Source: a virus
Taxonomy: Duplodnaviria > Heunggongvirae > Uroviricota > Caudoviricetes
IMG/VR virus record: IMGVR_UViG_3300032322_001781
DNA: 64,000 nucleotides
Reading direction: 5' to 3' (one strand)
In this document: positions 19,354 through 29,724 of the stretch, piece by piece
Layout of the letters: each line of letters begins with the position of its first letter
How positions within the stretch are numbered: position 1 is the first letter of the stretch
Notes under the pieces: model-generated
What the model was told of the DNA's origin: nothing
The model's input: only the letters and a program-made list of their open reading frames with translations
Database searches by the model: none
Translations under genes and position numbers: made by a program

Positions 19354-19908
19354 GTGTTAGTCAATGTGTTAAAGGTGGTATTAAAACCTCTGGTGGGTTT
19401 ATATGGAAATATAATAAAAATAAAGATTATGAGTAATTTAAAAAAAGAAAGTATCACAATCAATTGTGATTTTGACGGAACTGTTGTAACACATGACTAC
19501 CCAGAAGTTGGGAGGGATATAGGTGCTGTACCTGTTTTAAAAAGACTTGTGGCTGAAGGGCATCAATTAATCTTGTTCACTATGAGAAGTGATAAGGAAT
19601 TTGTTGAAAGAGATGGAAGTGTTACTACTCGTGGTCTTAAAGATGCGATTGATTGGTTTGTAAAGAATGATATTCCATTATATGGGGTACAAACAAATCC
19701 AACTCAACACACTTGGACTAATTCACCTAAAAGTTATGCACAATTAATGATTGACGATTCATCAATTTTTGCCCCATTAATTTTTGATGAAACTATTTCT
19801 AATAGACCATTTATTAATTGGGTTGAAGTTGAAAAAATATTAGAGGTTCGAGGAATATTAACACAAAAAACAAAAGAAAATGGAGAACAAGCAACAAATA
19901 ACGTTTGA
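19354..19908 (+). CDS. HAD-superfamily hydrolase (5'(3')-deoxyribonucleotidase-like)
   Basis: HAD motif I DFDGTVV near N-terminus. Confidence 0.5.
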   Translation: MLVNVLKVVLKPLVGLYGNIIKIKIMSNLKKESITINCDFDGTVVTHDYPEVGRDIGAVPVLKRLVAEGHQLILFTMRSDKEFVERDGSVTTRGLKDAIDWFVKNDIPLYGVQTNPTQHTWTNSPKSYAQLMIDDSSIFAPLIFDETISNRPFINWVEVEKILEVRGILTQKTKENGEQATNNV

Positions 19909-20224
19909 TGAATTCTTAGCTATTGAAGCTAAGTTAGAAATAAAGATTGGGCTTATAACTATGGCTGAAACCGTACCAAAAAGCTATGGTCTTAAATTGA
20001 CTGTTGATTTTGGTAATGGTGATTTACGCACCGTTTTCACCAATATAGGTAAAACACATTTACCAGAACAATTGATTGGTCTTACAATGCCTTTTATCAC
20101 CAACCTTGAACCAAGTGTTATCAAAGGTGTGAATAGTCAAGCTATGATTATGGTTGGTACTGGGACTGAAGGTCAGTTACAAGTTGGGTTAGATTTCATT
20201 GGAGTAGGTACTAGATTAATGTGA
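19880..20224 (+). CDS. tRNA-binding domain protein (Trbp111/CsaA/EMAP-II-like OB fold)
   Basis: FDEFLAIEAKLEIKIGLI...LKLTVDFG...RTV resembles Myf/tRNA-binding domain (F..LDLRVG.I). Confidence 0.6.
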   Translation: MENKQQITFDEFLAIEAKLEIKIGLITMAETVPKSYGLKLTVDFGNGDLRTVFTNIGKTHLPEQLIGLTMPFITNLEPSVIKGVNSQAMIMVGTGTEGQLQVGLDFIGVGTRLM

Positions 20225-20691
20225 TGAAAACAATAGCGGCTGGTTTATTTTTGGTTAATAAAGATGGTAAGTTATTAGTTTGCCACCCTACAAACCATAA
20301 ACCTGATTTTTGGAGTATCCCGAAAGGAAAAGTAGATGTTGGTGAGAATATTATAGACGCTGCCATACGTGAAACTTATGAGGAGACAAATTTAATTGTT
20401 CCTAAAGACTGTAATTTTATTGAATTACCAATGGTAAATTATAAACATGGAAAAAAAGCTATTCATGGTTTTTTAGTTTTAGAAGAACAAAACATGTCGT
20501 TAAATTTAATGGATGTGGTATTAAAATGTAATTCATTTGTGCCATTAGAAATGGGTGGGTTCCCAGAAATGGATAATTATAAATGGGTTGATTTGGATGA
20601 AGCTAAACCAATTCTACACGAAACTCAAGCACAATCAATAGATATTATAAAAAATATCATCAAAGATATTAAAAACACTTCTTTAATTTAG
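20221..20691 (+). CDS. Nudix hydrolase
   Basis: Nudix box GKVDVGENIIDAAIRETYEETNL. Confidence 0.75.
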   Translation: MMKTIAAGLFLVNKDGKLLVCHPTNHKPDFWSIPKGKVDVGENIIDAAIRETYEETNLIVPKDCNFIELPMVNYKHGKKAIHGFLVLEEQNMSLNLMDVVLKCNSFVPLEMGGFPEMDNYKWVDLDEAKPILHETQAQSIDIIKNIIKDIKNTSLI

Positions 20692-20709
20692 ATATTTATT
20701 ATAAAAAAT

Positions 20710-20892
20710 ATGAAGTTAACAAAAAAAATAGATTTCGGTGAGTATCTAATTATTGCAACTTACGATGATGTTAATGGTTCGTTAGAAGTTTCGGTTTTTG
20801 ATGAATTAGAAGATGTTATAGAGAGTATAAATATAACAAACGATAACGATTCTGACCAAAATGATTCGTTAATAAAACCTAGTTTAAATTAA
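20710..20892 (+). CDS. hypothetical small acidic protein
   Basis: ORF. Confidence 0.3.
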   Translation: MKLTKKIDFGEYLIIATYDDVNGSLEVSVFDELEDVIESINITNDNDSDQNDSLIKPSLN

Positions 20893-20895
20893 TTT

Positions 20896-21363
20896 ATGAG
20901 TAAAGGGATTGAAGTACAAGCACCAAAGCCGCTTGTTTTTAAAAATGACTATATAACCTTATTTTTAGGTGGTTCTATAGAAATGGGAAAAGCTGAAGAT
21001 TGGCAAAAAAAACTAATAAAATCGTTAAAAGACGAAAAAATTATATTTTTCAACCCAAGACGTGATGATTGGGATTCTTCTTGGGAACAAAAAATAACAA
21101 ATCCTGAGTTTAAGAAACAAGTTACTTGGGAACTAAAAGCATTGGAAAGTTCGGATGTTATAGTTATATATTTTGACCCAAAAACAAAATCTCCAATATC
21201 TTTACTTGAGTTAGGTCTTCACGCTAAAAGTGAAAAATTAATTGTTTTATGTCCAGATGAATTCTATCGTAAGGGTAATGTTGATATTGTTTGTGAAAGG
21301 TATGGTATAAAACAAGTAGAAACATTTGAAGATTTAGTATCAGAAATAAAATCTAAAATTTAG
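20896..21363 (+). CDS. nucleoside 2-deoxyribosyltransferase-like protein
   Basis: Rossmann-like pattern LFLGGSIEMG...FNPRRDDW...LESSDVIVIYFDP...LELG resembling Nuc_deoxyribosyltransferase-like family. Confidence 0.45.
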   Translation: MSKGIEVQAPKPLVFKNDYITLFLGGSIEMGKAEDWQKKLIKSLKDEKIIFFNPRRDDWDSSWEQKITNPEFKKQVTWELKALESSDVIVIYFDPKTKSPISLLELGLHAKSEKLIVLCPDEFYRKGNVDIVCERYGIKQVETFEDLVSEIKSKI

Positions 21364-21554
21364 TGATGAATAAAAAAAAAGAAAAACAACACAAACTAAA
21401 TTCATAAATTAAGCATCAAATTGTTCGTGTTGGCGAACATGGAGTTATGCCAATAAAAGAAGCCCAACAAATGGCTGATGACCAAGAATTGGTAATTATT
21501 GTAGACAAAAAGACCATACAAAAAATAAATTAGGTTTGATTTATAAAATAGATT

Positions 21555-22061
21555 ATGAAAAAACAAAATAGGAAAGAAAAATTAAATAAAGAAATTAAAA
21601 TTCAAAAAATAAGACTAGTTGGGGCTTTTAATGGTGAAATAGTTACTTTAAAAGATGCTTTAATTAAGTCAGAAGAAATGGGTTTGGATTTAGTTTTGAT
21701 TTCTGAAAATAATGATATAGGCGTTTGTAAAATAATGAACTATGAAAAGTTCTTATATGAGCAAATGAAAAAAGAAAAAGACAAACCTAAACCTTTGGAT
21801 GTGAAAGAAATTAAGATTGGTCCAAATACATCGGAAAATGATTTGGATTATAGGATAAAACACATGTCTGAATTTTTACAAAAAGGTCATAAAGTAAAAA
21901 TAACCATGCAATTTAAAGGTCGTGAAATGTCTTTTTCAACCAAAGGTGAAGAATTAATGTTAAAACTTATATTGAAGTTAACTGATTTCGGTTCAGCTGA
22001 AGCAATGCCTAAATTTGAAGGTAAAAAGATGTTTGTTACTATTAAACCAGTTAAAAAATAA
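21555..22061 (+). CDS. infC: translation initiation factor IF-3
   Basis: Near full-length alignment to bacterial IF3: IRLVG..GE...L..AL..AEE.GLDLV.IS.N....VCKIM.Y.KFLYE; C-domain VKEIK..P.T...D...K.....FL..G.K.KIT..F.GREM. Confidence 0.9.
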   Translation: MKKQNRKEKLNKEIKIQKIRLVGAFNGEIVTLKDALIKSEEMGLDLVLISENNDIGVCKIMNYEKFLYEQMKKEKDKPKPLDVKEIKIGPNTSENDLDYRIKHMSEFLQKGHKVKITMQFKGREMSFSTKGEELMLKLILKLTDFGSAEAMPKFEGKKMFVTIKPVKK

Positions 22062-22089
22062 GTATTAACCAACAACATTTATTTGGAAG

Positions 22090-22121
22090 TTTGTAAAGCT
22101 CAAAAATATTTATTACCTTTG
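22090..22121 (+). promoter_or_regulatory. Bacteroidetes-type promoter
   Basis: TTTG ... TACCTTTG. Confidence 0.55.
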
Positions 22122-22132
22122 CGAATATTAAT

Positions 22133-22471
22133 ATGAAAAATAAAACATACTTTACTAGACGTGGAAAACTGAAAAGTATTTTGGAGTTAAATTTCTTAAA
22201 TAAAAAAGTTGGGGCGACTGAAATAGAAGCTATCCTCAATATGGTTGATGAGTATGAAAAAGATAATCTAGACACCATTGAAAAATTAAAAAGACAAAAA
22301 AAAATTGAATTAAATAAAATCAATGGGGCTTTAAAACAAACCATAAATGTACATTCTAGTATTACTAAAGAGCTTATTGGCTCGGCCAGCAAACGCATTT
22401 ATGGGGCGTTGCTTGAAGATAAACCAAAACAAACTATTTTAAGTAGAATAATAACTTTTTTTAAATTATGA
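22133..22471 (+). CDS. hypothetical protein
   Basis: ORF. Confidence 0.4.
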   Translation: MKNKTYFTRRGKLKSILELNFLNKKVGATEIEAILNMVDEYEKDNLDTIEKLKRQKKIELNKINGALKQTINVHSSITKELIGSASKRIYGALLEDKPKQTILSRIITFFKL

Positions 22472-22989
22472 GAAATATTACCAAATTGGCTGTGTTTGAT
22501 TTCGATGGGACCTTAATTATGTCACCTTTGCCAGACACGGGTAAAAAATTATATCAAGAAAAAACTGGTAAACCTTGGCCATACCAAGGTTGGTGGGGGC
22601 GTGAAGAATCGTTGGATACAACTATCTTTGATATGCCATCTAATCCTAGTGTAATCGCTGATTACCAAAAGGAAAAAGCTGACACTAACACTGCTGTAAT
22701 CATGTTGACTGGACGTATGACAAAGTTAGCTGATAAGGTAAAAGATATTTTGGATTCTAAAGGGTTAACTTTTGACGGTTATTACTACAACAGAGGTGGT
22801 AGTACAGATGTTGAAAAGATTAAGACGTTAAATGAAATTTTAGAAAAAATTCCATCTATTGAAGTTGTTGAAGCTTGGGATGACCGTTTAGAACACATCC
22901 CAACGTTTGAACAATGGGGTAAATCTAAAGTTGAAGAGGGAAGATTAAAAGACTTTAAAATAAACGTGGTGTTCTCTGGACATCACTAA
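22468..22989 (+). CDS. HAD-superfamily phosphatase
   Basis: Motif I VFDFDGTLI. Confidence 0.5.
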   Translation: MRNITKLAVFDFDGTLIMSPLPDTGKKLYQEKTGKPWPYQGWWGREESLDTTIFDMPSNPSVIADYQKEKADTNTAVIMLTGRMTKLADKVKDILDSKGLTFDGYYYNRGGSTDVEKIKTLNEILEKIPSIEVVEAWDDRLEHIPTFEQWGKSKVEEGRLKDFKINVVFSGHH

Positions 22990-22993
22990 AAAT

Positions 22994-23020
22994 AAACCCA
23001 CTAAAAAGTGGGTTTTTTTA
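22994..23020 (+). terminator. rho-independent terminator
   Basis: aaacccac-taaaaa-gtgggttt + T run. Confidence 0.75.
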
Positions 23021-25039
23021 TTGCAAAAAGAAAAATTTGGTAGTATATTTGTAAAAATGATTAAAATAAACGAAATATTAGAAGGTAGATTAAGCATGAA
23101 CGCTAGTTGTTCAGCTTATTTGGTTAGCAACGATTTACCCAAGGACATTTACATTAGCAAAAACAACACAAATAAAGCTCTTCATTTAGATACCGTTAAG
23201 GTTAGAGTGATTGAAGGTAATGGCCGTTCAATTGAAGGTGAAGTAATTGAAATCATAGAACGATTTAGAAACGATTTTGTTGGTACTATACAAGTGTCAC
23301 CACGATATGCTTTCTTCATTCCAGATAGCAACAAGTTACCAATAGACTTTTTCATACCATTGGCCAAATCCATGGGTGCCAAAGATGGTCAAAAAGTTGT
23401 TGCCAGATTGGTTGAGTGGAAAGACGATGCCAAAAACCCCAATGGTGAAATCATTCGTATTATAGGGGATGCTGGAGAACATGAAACAGAAATACATTCG
23501 ATACTAGAAGAATATGGTTTACCATATGACTTTGATGGCGATGTAATAGCTGAATCAGAAGCCATTTCAGAAATCATCCCACAATCAGAGATTGACAAGC
23601 GTAGAGATATGCGTAATGTACTTACATTTACCATTGACCCAGCGGATGCCAAAGACTTTGATGATGCTTTGAGTGTTGAATGGGTGAACGGTGAATTGTT
23701 TGTTGGTGTTCACATTGCCGATGTATCGCATTATTTGCGTCCAGACACTGAATTGGACAAAGAAGCGTATGCTAGAGGTACTTCGGTATACCTAGTAGAT
23801 AGATGCGTTCCAATGCTTCCAGAAAGGCTTTCTAATGGCTTATGTAGTCTTAGACCAAACGAAGATAAGCTTTGTTTCTCAGCGGTTTTTAAATTGGACC
23901 ACAACGGCCATGTATTGGAAGAATGGTATGGTAGAACTGTAATTAACTCCAATCATCGTTTCACTTATGAGGAAGCACAAGAGGTTATAGAATGGAAAGA
24001 TTATAATGCTATGTCAAACCTATGTAAAAAAATTGGACTTGTTGATTTTAGTGTTGATGAAAAAGTAGATGAGGATTTAATAAAAGCTCATGGTTTAATC
24101 AACGCAATCAAGACACTTGACAAGATTGCCAAGAAGATGCGTAAGGTTCGTTTATCTAAGGGTAGTATATCATTTGATAAACAAGAAGTTAGATTTAAGT
24201 TGGATGAGAAGAACAAACCAATTGATATTATATTCAAGGTTGGCAAGGACTCAAACAAATTGATTGAGGAATACATGTTATTGGCAAACAGACATGTTGC
24301 ACAGTTCCTTAATTCAAAAGGAATACCTAGTGTTAATCGTGCACATGATAAACCCAACGAAGAAAAGCTTAACAGTTTAAAAGACTTTATCAAACAATTT
24401 GGTTATGACATAAAAACCCATGACCCAATTGAAATAACCAAAACACTCAATAAATTGCTTGAAGATGTAAAGGGAAAACCAGAAGAAAATATGATTAATA
24501 ATCTTGTTGTTCGTGCCATGCAAAAAGCAGATTACAGAACCAAGAACATTGGTCACTATGGATTAGGGTTTAAAGACTACACTCATTTTACTAGCCCAAT
24601 TAGACGTTATCCAGATGTAATTGTACATAGATTATTAGGAAGGTTATTAGAAAATAAAGTATCACCTAAGATAGAAAAATTAGAGGCTAAATGTGTTTAT
24701 TTATCAGAAAGAGAGAAGAAAGCTCAAAAGGCTGAACGTGATTCTATCAAGTATATGCAATGCATTTACATGACTAACAATGTTGGTAGAATATACAAGG
24801 GTATAGTTACGTCTGTTGCCGAATATGGATTATTTGTAGAAATGATTGATAACAAATGCGAAGGACTCGTTAGATTATCAGAAATTGGTGGTGACACTTA
24901 CATGGCTGATGTAAATAATTATTGTGTTAAGGGTTTTAATACTGGACAAATTATAAGGCTCGGTGATGAAGTTATGGTGGTTATAAAATCAGTTGATATT
25001 GAAAAGAAAAATATAAATTTGACGCTTATTAGACTATGA
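23021..25039 (+). CDS. rnr: ribonuclease R / RNase II family 3'-5' exoribonuclease
   Basis: RNB catalytic motif TFTIDPADAKDFDDALSVE, N-terminal cold-shock/OB region, C-terminal S1 domain; start may be internal Met (23054). Confidence 0.85.
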   Translation: MQKEKFGSIFVKMIKINEILEGRLSMNASCSAYLVSNDLPKDIYISKNNTNKALHLDTVKVRVIEGNGRSIEGEVIEIIERFRNDFVGTIQVSPRYAFFIPDSNKLPIDFFIPLAKSMGAKDGQKVVARLVEWKDDAKNPNGEIIRIIGDAGEHETEIHSILEEYGLPYDFDGDVIAESEAISEIIPQSEIDKRRDMRNVLTFTIDPADAKDFDDALSVEWVNGELFVGVHIADVSHYLRPDTELDKEAYARGTSVYLVDRCVPMLPERLSNGLCSLRPNEDKLCFSAVFKLDHNGHVLEEWYGRTVINSNHRFTYEEAQEVIEWKDYNAMSNLCKKIGLVDFSVDEKVDEDLIKAHGLINAIKTLDKIAKKMRKVRLSKGSISFDKQEVRFKLDEKNKPIDIIFKVGKDSNKLIEEYMLLANRHVAQFLNSKGIPSVNRAHDKPNEEKLNSLKDFIKQFGYDIKTHDPIEITKTLNKLLEDVKGKPEENMINNLVVRAMQKADYRTKNIGHYGLGFKDYTHFTSPIRRYPDVIVHRLLGRLLENKVSPKIEKLEAKCVYLSEREKKAQKAERDSIKYMQCIYMTNNVGRIYKGIVTSVAEYGLFVEMIDNKCEGLVRLSEIGGDTYMADVNNYCVKGFNTGQIIRLGDEVMVVIKSVDIEKKNINLTLIRL

Positions 25040-25779
25040 CAGACGAACAATTAGTTAAATCTTTTTTGGATAAAAATTACAGTTTAAAAGCCTCATTTGT
25101 AAGGTATTATGTTGTTGAAAAACAATCAGATAAAGAATTTAGTGAAAAATCTTTTAATGATGAAATATCTAACATTTTTGGTCACATAAATGGGTTAAAA
25201 AGTTACTTTGAAGAATGGTTTGATAACAAAAAAAGTGACTTATTAAAAGAAATCTATGATGAATTTGGTTTATTGGATTTTAGTAAAAGAAGTGTTGAGC
25301 TAATGGCAGTTCTATTCGAATTGGAGTTAAGTAAAAAATACGACAAGCCCTTTGTTGTACAAGTGTTTGAAGATTATTATTTTAATTATGTGTTAAAATA
25401 TAAACTTAAAAACTTTATCAAAGAAACTTATGAGGACAAAAAGACATGTAGTTCTGATTTGATTAGATTGGCGTTAGAACTATTAAACGGAGAAACACCA
25501 AGTATAGTTGAAAAGTCAGAGGCGATGATTAATGAATGGTATTTTGAAAACGTATTTTCAAAAAAAATAGATTTTTTCTTCAAAGAAGCTAAATTAGTTT
25601 TGGGACCGACTAATTGGATGGTTATACACCCATATTATGGAAAATTAAACACAGATAAATTAAGCAAACATTTTCCAGAAGAAACCATTTATCAAACATC
25701 TGTTTTAAATAAACAATATGATGATTGGTACAACGAAAAAATTTTGGAAGTCTCTGAAAAAATTATGAAAGAATTTTAA
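25036..25779 (+). CDS. hypothetical protein
   Basis: ORF overlapping rnr stop by 4 nt. Confidence 0.5.
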   Translation: MTDEQLVKSFLDKNYSLKASFVRYYVVEKQSDKEFSEKSFNDEISNIFGHINGLKSYFEEWFDNKKSDLLKEIYDEFGLLDFSKRSVELMAVLFELELSKKYDKPFVVQVFEDYYFNYVLKYKLKNFIKETYEDKKTCSSDLIRLALELLNGETPSIVEKSEAMINEWYFENVFSKKIDFFFKEAKLVLGPTNWMVIHPYYGKLNTDKLSKHFPEETIYQTSVLNKQYDDWYNEKILEVSEKIMKEF

Positions 25780-25791
25780 AACAAAACTTGT

Positions 25792-25819
25792 TTGGTTAAT
25801 TTTAATTATGTACCTTTGC
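25792..25819 (+). promoter_or_regulatory. promoter-like element (atypical spacing)
   Basis: TTTGG ... TACCTTTG with about 16-nt spacer. Confidence 0.35.
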
Positions 25820-26952
25820 TGAAAAAAATGAATTTAATAGATAAACTACTCAACAACACGCTTTATAGAAATAAATATAAAACGGATTCCGAGGCTGTTA
25901 TTATAGCCTGTTATTTCAACCCTCAGAATAATCCATATAGATTAAAAGCATTTAATATATTTTATGATTCCATAAAACATTTAAATCATAGAATTGTTGA
26001 GTGTACTATTAATAACTCTGAACCTGAATTACCAAAAACTAAATTCATAACTCATATTCACACTTCTAGTTTATTATGGCATAAAGAGGCTCTTTTGAAC
26101 AATATTATAAAAAATTTAGACCGAAAGTTTAAGTATGTTTTTTGGTTAGATGCTGATATAATTTTTACCGATAAACATTGGTTGGTAAATTCGGTTGAAG
26201 TGTTGAAATATAAAAATATTTTACAACCATTTGAATATTGTGTTCATCTAGAAAAAGATAAATTAACACCAACATTTAAAACTAAAGATTATCACCCAAA
26301 TTGTTTATTATCTGAGAAAAAACTTAGACACCCAAATTTATGGCGTAGTTTTTGTGCTAATTATGTTACCACAAACTTATCTGAATCTGAAAATTACGAT
26401 TTACATGGACATGTTGGTTTTGCTTGGGGTGCTAGAAGAGATGCTCTTGATAAGATACTTTTGTATGACCGTGCATTGATTGGTGGTGCTGACCATATTA
26501 TGGCACATGCCGCTGCTGGACATATAGGTCATACATGTATAACTAAATCATTCACAGATGATATTGAAGCTGTAAATGATTGGTCTAGAAAATTTTATTC
26601 TGTGATTGGTGGTAGCATCGGTTATGTAGAAGGTGAAGTTAGACATATTTGGCATGGTGATTTAACAAAGCGTGATTATTTGAATAGAATTAAAAATTTC
26701 ACAAATACTTCTAAAACAATTACAGAAAAAGACTCTAATGGTCTTCATATTACATCGGATGATTCATATGTTAAAAGATACTTTGAGCAACGTGAAGTTA
26801 AATCGGATAATGATGGTGATTTTTTAACTTCTATGGTTGTTGCTAATATGACTGATTCGGCTATTATTGGAAATGCTATTGGTGGTAACATGATGGGTTC
26901 TATTTTAGGTGAATCATTAAATGATGATAAAAATAATGAAAATTTTTCATAA
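25792..26952 (+). CDS. hypothetical protein, possible DXD-type glycosyltransferase
   Basis: YVFWLDADIIF resembles GT-A DXD region; weak. Confidence 0.45.
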   Translation: MVNFNYVPLLKKMNLIDKLLNNTLYRNKYKTDSEAVIIACYFNPQNNPYRLKAFNIFYDSIKHLNHRIVECTINNSEPELPKTKFITHIHTSSLLWHKEALLNNIIKNLDRKFKYVFWLDADIIFTDKHWLVNSVEVLKYKNILQPFEYCVHLEKDKLTPTFKTKDYHPNCLLSEKKLRHPNLWRSFCANYVTTNLSESENYDLHGHVGFAWGARRDALDKILLYDRALIGGADHIMAHAAAGHIGHTCITKSFTDDIEAVNDWSRKFYSVIGGSIGYVEGEVRHIWHGDLTKRDYLNRIKNFTNTSKTITEKDSNGLHITSDDSYVKRYFEQREVKSDNDGDFLTSMVVANMTDSAIIGNAIGGNMMGSILGESLNDDKNNENFS

Positions 26953-27365
26953 TGGAAGAAGAAAAAGAATTTAATATTGAGGAGTTTAAAAAACTTTTAT
27001 CAACGTTTATTAAACGTAACCTTAAAGGCTATCATTTTGTAGCTGAAGCTATTGATAAGGCTGAACCAACAGAACGTTCATTATTATCTAAATTAAAATG
27101 GTATGCTGAAGATTTATTTGAAGCTTTGGATGGTGAGTCTAAAGATTTAGAAGGTGAGATTTCAGACCTAGAAGACGATGTACGTAAATTAGAAGGTGAG
27201 ATTTCAGACCTAGAAGACGAATTGGAGGAGTCTAGGTTAACCATTGGTAGTACCTTAAATGATGAATATAAGATTAAATTCTTTAGAGAATATCATGAAA
27301 ATTATACTCCGTGGGAGATAGAGGAATTATTGATGAATGGTAAAAAATATCTTAATAAAACATGA
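26952..27365 (+). CDS. hypothetical coiled-coil protein with internal 42-nt tandem duplication
   Basis: Repeated LEGEISDLED[D/E] encoded by identical 32-nt stretches at 27147 and 27189. Confidence 0.45.
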   Translation: MEEEKEFNIEEFKKLLSTFIKRNLKGYHFVAEAIDKAEPTERSLLSKLKWYAEDLFEALDGESKDLEGEISDLEDDVRKLEGEISDLEDELEESRLTIGSTLNDEYKIKFFREYHENYTPWEIEELLMNGKKYLNKT

Positions 27366-28018
27366 AAATAGTTTGTATATCTGACACACACTCAAAACAT
27401 AATCAAATATCTAGCGAGTATATTGATAACAAAGACGGTTCAATAGACATGATAATTCACGCTGGTGATGTATCTAATCGTGGTTATGAAAATGAAATTA
27501 TAAATTTTTTATCTTGGTATAATGAATTAAATTATAAACATAAAATATTAATTGCTGGAAATCACGATTTTTACTTTGAAAAAACGAACCCAGAAACAAT
27601 AAAAAAATTATTTTCTGAATTTCCAAACATTACCTATCTCAACGACAGTGGTGTTGAAATAGAAGGTTTTAAAATTTGGGGTAGTCCTGTTCAACCATGG
27701 TTTTATAATTGGGCCTTTAATAGAACCTCATCAATGATTAATGAACATTGGGAAAGGATACCTTTAGATACCGATATACTTATTACACACGGACCAATGA
27801 ACGGATGTTTAGATTTAACTAATGGGGGTGAACCAGCTGGTTGTCCGCTTTTAAGGGATAAAATATATAAATTAAAAAATTTAAAATTACATGTCGTTGG
27901 TCATATACACGAAGCTTATGGAAGAATTGATGTTCAAGATGGACCTATATTTATTAACGCTAGTCTTTTAAATTTGAATTATATTATGAAAAATTTACCA
28001 ATAATTGTTGAACTTTAA
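27362..28018 (+). CDS. metallophosphoesterase (YfcE/MPP-like)
   Basis: CISDTHSKH, HAGDVSNRG, AGNHD, GHIHE motifs. Confidence 0.7.
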   Translation: MKIVCISDTHSKHNQISSEYIDNKDGSIDMIIHAGDVSNRGYENEIINFLSWYNELNYKHKILIAGNHDFYFEKTNPETIKKLFSEFPNITYLNDSGVEIEGFKIWGSPVQPWFYNWAFNRTSSMINEHWERIPLDTDILITHGPMNGCLDLTNGGEPAGCPLLRDKIYKLKNLKLHVVGHIHEAYGRIDVQDGPIFINASLLNLNYIMKNLPIIVEL

Positions 28019-28208
28019 AATAATAAAAAAAATGAACTTATACAAATACATTTTCTGGTATAATGAATATGAGGGCCTATGGTACGCTATTGAAAGAGAC
28101 GATGAAATTTTATTCTTTAATGGGAAAAGAAAAGAACTTAAAAATATTTTATCTAACAAAGATATAAATTTATTAATAAGAAAAGTTAATAGACTGTTTA
28201 AAAAATGA
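28005..28208 (+). CDS. hypothetical small protein
   Basis: ORF. Confidence 0.3.
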   Translation: MLNFKIIKKMNLYKYIFWYNEYEGLWYAIERDDEILFFNGKRKELKNILSNKDINLLIRKVNRLFKK

Positions 28209-28933
28209 GTAGAATAATAGCTATTGGAGACACCCACGGGCGCTCAACATGGAAAAGAATTTTAAAAAAAGAAACAGAATTCGATAAGTGTATATTCATT
28301 GGTGATTATTTTGATACTCATGACAATGATTGTACACCTGATAAACAAATAGTAAACTTCAAAGAGATAGTCGAGTTTAAAAAAGCGAATCCAGACAAGG
28401 TTATACTTCTTACGGGTAATCATGATTACCACTACATTAGGGGTGTTGGTGAAACATATTCTGGGTATCAAGCTTCGTATGCTTTAGAAATAGGTGAGCT
28501 AATCGAACAGGCTATCAACGATGATATTATGCAGATGTGTTATCTGCATAATGATTTCTTTTTTAGTCATGCTGGCCTCACAAAAACTTGGGTACAATCC
28601 ATATTAGCGCCTAATAACATTAACCCTCTGGTCGATGATGTTATGGTGCAAACAATCAATGATTACCTTAAATTTCAACCCAGAGTGTTTGGGTTTATGA
28701 TGGGTAACAACTTTGACCAAACTGGTAATGATATAACTCAGGGGCCCATATGGGTGAGACCACAATCTTTGGTAAAAGATATGGTGGAAGGTATAACATG
28801 TGTTGTTGGTCACACTCAAGTTCCTGAGCTAACGTATTTGCCAGATTATAAGCTTATACTTATTGATTGTCTAGGTAGTGTGGACGAATATTTTGTAATA
28901 GATAATGGGGTAACAAAAATTGGAAGAATTTAA
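28205..28933 (+). CDS. Ser/Thr protein phosphatase family (PPP / ApaH-lambda phosphatase-like)
   Basis: IAIGDTHGR, IGDYFDTHD, LTGNHDY, GHTQ motifs. Confidence 0.7.
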   Translation: MSRIIAIGDTHGRSTWKRILKKETEFDKCIFIGDYFDTHDNDCTPDKQIVNFKEIVEFKKANPDKVILLTGNHDYHYIRGVGETYSGYQASYALEIGELIEQAINDDIMQMCYLHNDFFFSHAGLTKTWVQSILAPNNINPLVDDVMVQTINDYLKFQPRVFGFMMGNNFDQTGNDITQGPIWVRPQSLVKDMVEGITCVVGHTQVPELTYLPDYKLILIDCLGSVDEYFVIDNGVTKIGRI

Positions 28934-28940
28934 CCAATTA

Positions 28941-28972
28941 TTTGGTAAATTAAAAACTATTATTTACCTTTA
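28941..28972 (+). promoter_or_regulatory. promoter variant (-7 TACCTTTA)
   Basis: tttggtaa-N20-taccttta. Confidence 0.4.
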
Positions 28973-29012
28973 TTAAAATTTTTAAAGATGTTAAAGGAAA
29001 AAATAGTAACCA

Positions 29013-29252
29013 TTGTTTTCATTTTATTTTTTTTTGGTAACTTTATTAGTTGTCTTTTTTTACGAACCACCTAATTGCAAATACGAGCTTAAACGAGTCA
29101 GAATTGATTCTGTGTCATGTAGAGATAGATATACTTTTTTACCTGACAAACTGTGGCTGTATTATACCAAATATGGTGTTGTGATTACCTCACGTAAAAA
29201 ATATAATGTTGGAGATTCCATAGAAATTAAAAAATTTAAAAACTTTGAATAA
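29013..29252 (+). CDS. hypothetical small protein
   Basis: ORF. Confidence 0.3.
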   Translation: MFSFYFFLVTLLVVFFYEPPNCKYELKRVRIDSVSCRDRYTFLPDKLWLYYTKYGVVITSRKKYNVGDSIEIKKFKNFE

Positions 29253-29724
29253 TAAAGAATTCATCATTGGAAAGTTAAAAGAAAAAGATTTTGCGAAGCT
29301 TTTTACTAATGTTGTTAGTTCGTCAACAATTGAAGATGTCTATGAACACTGGGACTTGTTAATTAAAACAAAAATTGATGTAAAATCTATAAAAAAAGAA
29401 TCTAGAGGTGATTTAAAACCAAACGAAAACTTTCATTGGGTTGAACTTAAAAACGTTAGAGGTAAATTGTCATGGCTTTATGGAAAAGCGGATTTTTTTT
29501 CTTTTGAAACTGAAGACTATTGGATTATTGTAGAAAAAGAGTCTCTTCAAAAATTCATTGAAGAAAAATGTAAAGGTAAACAAATTGGACCCTCTAAAGA
29601 CCCATATGAATTATATCAACGTATTGGTAGAAAGGATGTGATTGTAAAAGTTAAAACAATAGACCTTATTTATATTTCTATTACATTAATTAAAAAATAT
29701 GAGCAAACTGATAGTCAAAAATAA
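29245..29724 (+). CDS. hypothetical protein
   Basis: ORF. Confidence 0.45.
   Translation: MNNKEFIIGKLKEKDFAKLFTNVVSSSTIEDVYEHWDLLIKTKIDVKSIKKESRGDLKPNENFHWVELKNVRGKLSWLYGKADFFSFETEDYWIIVEKESLQKFIEEKCKGKQIGPSKDPYELYQRIGRKDVIVKVKTIDLIYISITLIKKYEQTDSQK

Noticed and set aside
9086-24393. Internal minus-strand ORFs inside large + strand genes (e.g. 9086..9346, 9426..9761, 10431..10895, 23182..23652, 24088..24393)
   Set aside because: Fully embedded antisense to confidently assigned genes (AAA ATPase, NadM, RNase R); low-complexity translations; typical AT-rich antisense noise
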